From assembly GCF_009914755.1 (NCBI RefSeq), contig NC_060947.1: DNA of 64,000 nt, one strand, 5' to 3'. This document shows, one piece after another, positions 63,401 through 64,000 of the stretch. Source of the stretch: the human T2T-CHM13v2.0 reference genome, Homo sapiens. Position 1 is the stretch's first letter. Each line of letters starts with the position of its first letter. The notes under the pieces were generated by a model. The model was not told the origin of the DNA. It ran no database searches and saw only the letters and a list, made by a program, of their open reading frames with translations. Made by a program: the position numbers and the translations under genes.

Positions 63401-64000
63401 ACTTACAGATTCTACAAAAAGACAGTTTCAAAACTGCTCCATCAAAAGGAGGGTTCAACCGTGTGACTTGAATGCAATCATCACTCAGAAGTTTCTGAGA
63501 ATGCTTCTCTTTAGTTTTTACGTGAACATATACCCGTTTCGAACGAAGGCCACCCAGTGGTCCAAATATCCACTTGCAGATTATACAGAAAGAGTGTTTC
63601 GAACCTGAACTCTCAAAGGCAGGTTCATCTCTGCGAGTTAAATGCATTCATCATGAAGAACTTTCTCAGAGTGTTTGTGTTTAGTTATGGGAAATTATTC
63701 CCGTTTCCAACGAAATCCTCAGAGAGCTCCAAATATCCACCTGCAGATTCTACCAAAAGTGTATTTGGAAACTGCTCCATCAAAAGGCATGTTCAGCTCT
63801 GTGAGTGAAACTCCATCATCACAAAGAATATTCTGAGAATGCTTCCGTTTGCCTTTTATATGAAGTTCCTTCCTGTACTACCGTAGGCCTCAAAGCAGTC
63901 CAAATCTCCATTTGCAGATTCTATAAAAAGAGTGATTCCAATCTGCTCTATCAATAGGATTGTTCAACTCCATGAGTTGAATGCCATCCTCACAAAGTCG

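Larger units (their letters stand above)
1..64000 (-). repeat. DXZ1: Alpha-satellite higher-order repeat array, 12 x ~171 bp, ~2057-bp period, ~31 copies; most likely human X centromere DXZ1 (suprachromosomal family 3)
   Basis: Alphoid motifs (tttctgagaatgcttct, cacttgcagattctac, ttcaactctgtgagttgaatgca) recur every ~171 bp. Near-identical sequence and ORFs recur at 2054-2057 bp. Each unit has one GGATCC. CENP-B boxes all lie on the minus strand. The DXZ1 call rests on the known 2.0-kb BamHI 12-mer. Confidence 0.95.

Noticed and set aside
446-63808. About 200 short ORFs (65-157 aa) recurring in each HOR, e.g. MVKIYTCRF... 157 aa
   Set aside because: They are translations of alpha satellite. 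They overlap in several frames, often start at GTG, resemble no protein family I recognise, and gain stops or frameshifts freely between copies (e.g. 58241-58663, 32429-32680).
1-64000. CRISPR-like or novel repeat-spacer system
   Set aside because: There are no unique spacers or associated genes. The intervening sequences are themselves homologous 171-bp monomers.

Overview
The whole 64 kb window is one uninterrupted, single-orientation primate centromeric alpha-satellite array. Monomers of ~171 bp form a 12-monomer higher-order repeat (HOR) of 2057 bp (observed 2054-2057 bp), about 31 copies. The period, the single BamHI site per unit, the pentamer-derived A/B monomer order and one ~186-bp monomer match human X-chromosome DXZ1; this assignment is from recalled knowledge, not a database search. 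I see no genes, RNA genes, transposons or inversions, and the ORF track only reflects the repeat. I found no new biological system. The notable structure is internal: two overlapping inverted repeats in the long monomer, CENP-B box losses confined to one monomer class, and nested 1-, 2-, 4-, 6-, 16- and 24-HOR duplications and mosaics traced by shared variants. Units are numbered U1-U31 from the recurring 'atgcttctgtttagtt' anchor (446, 2500, 4557, 6613, 8670, 10724, 12781, 14838, 16895, 18949, 21006, 23060, 25117, 27171, 29226, 31283, 33340, 35395, 37452, 39507, 41564, 43618, 45675, 47732, 49789, 51843, 53900, 55957, 58014, 60070, 62127). Variants were read by eye, so block boundaries are approximate.
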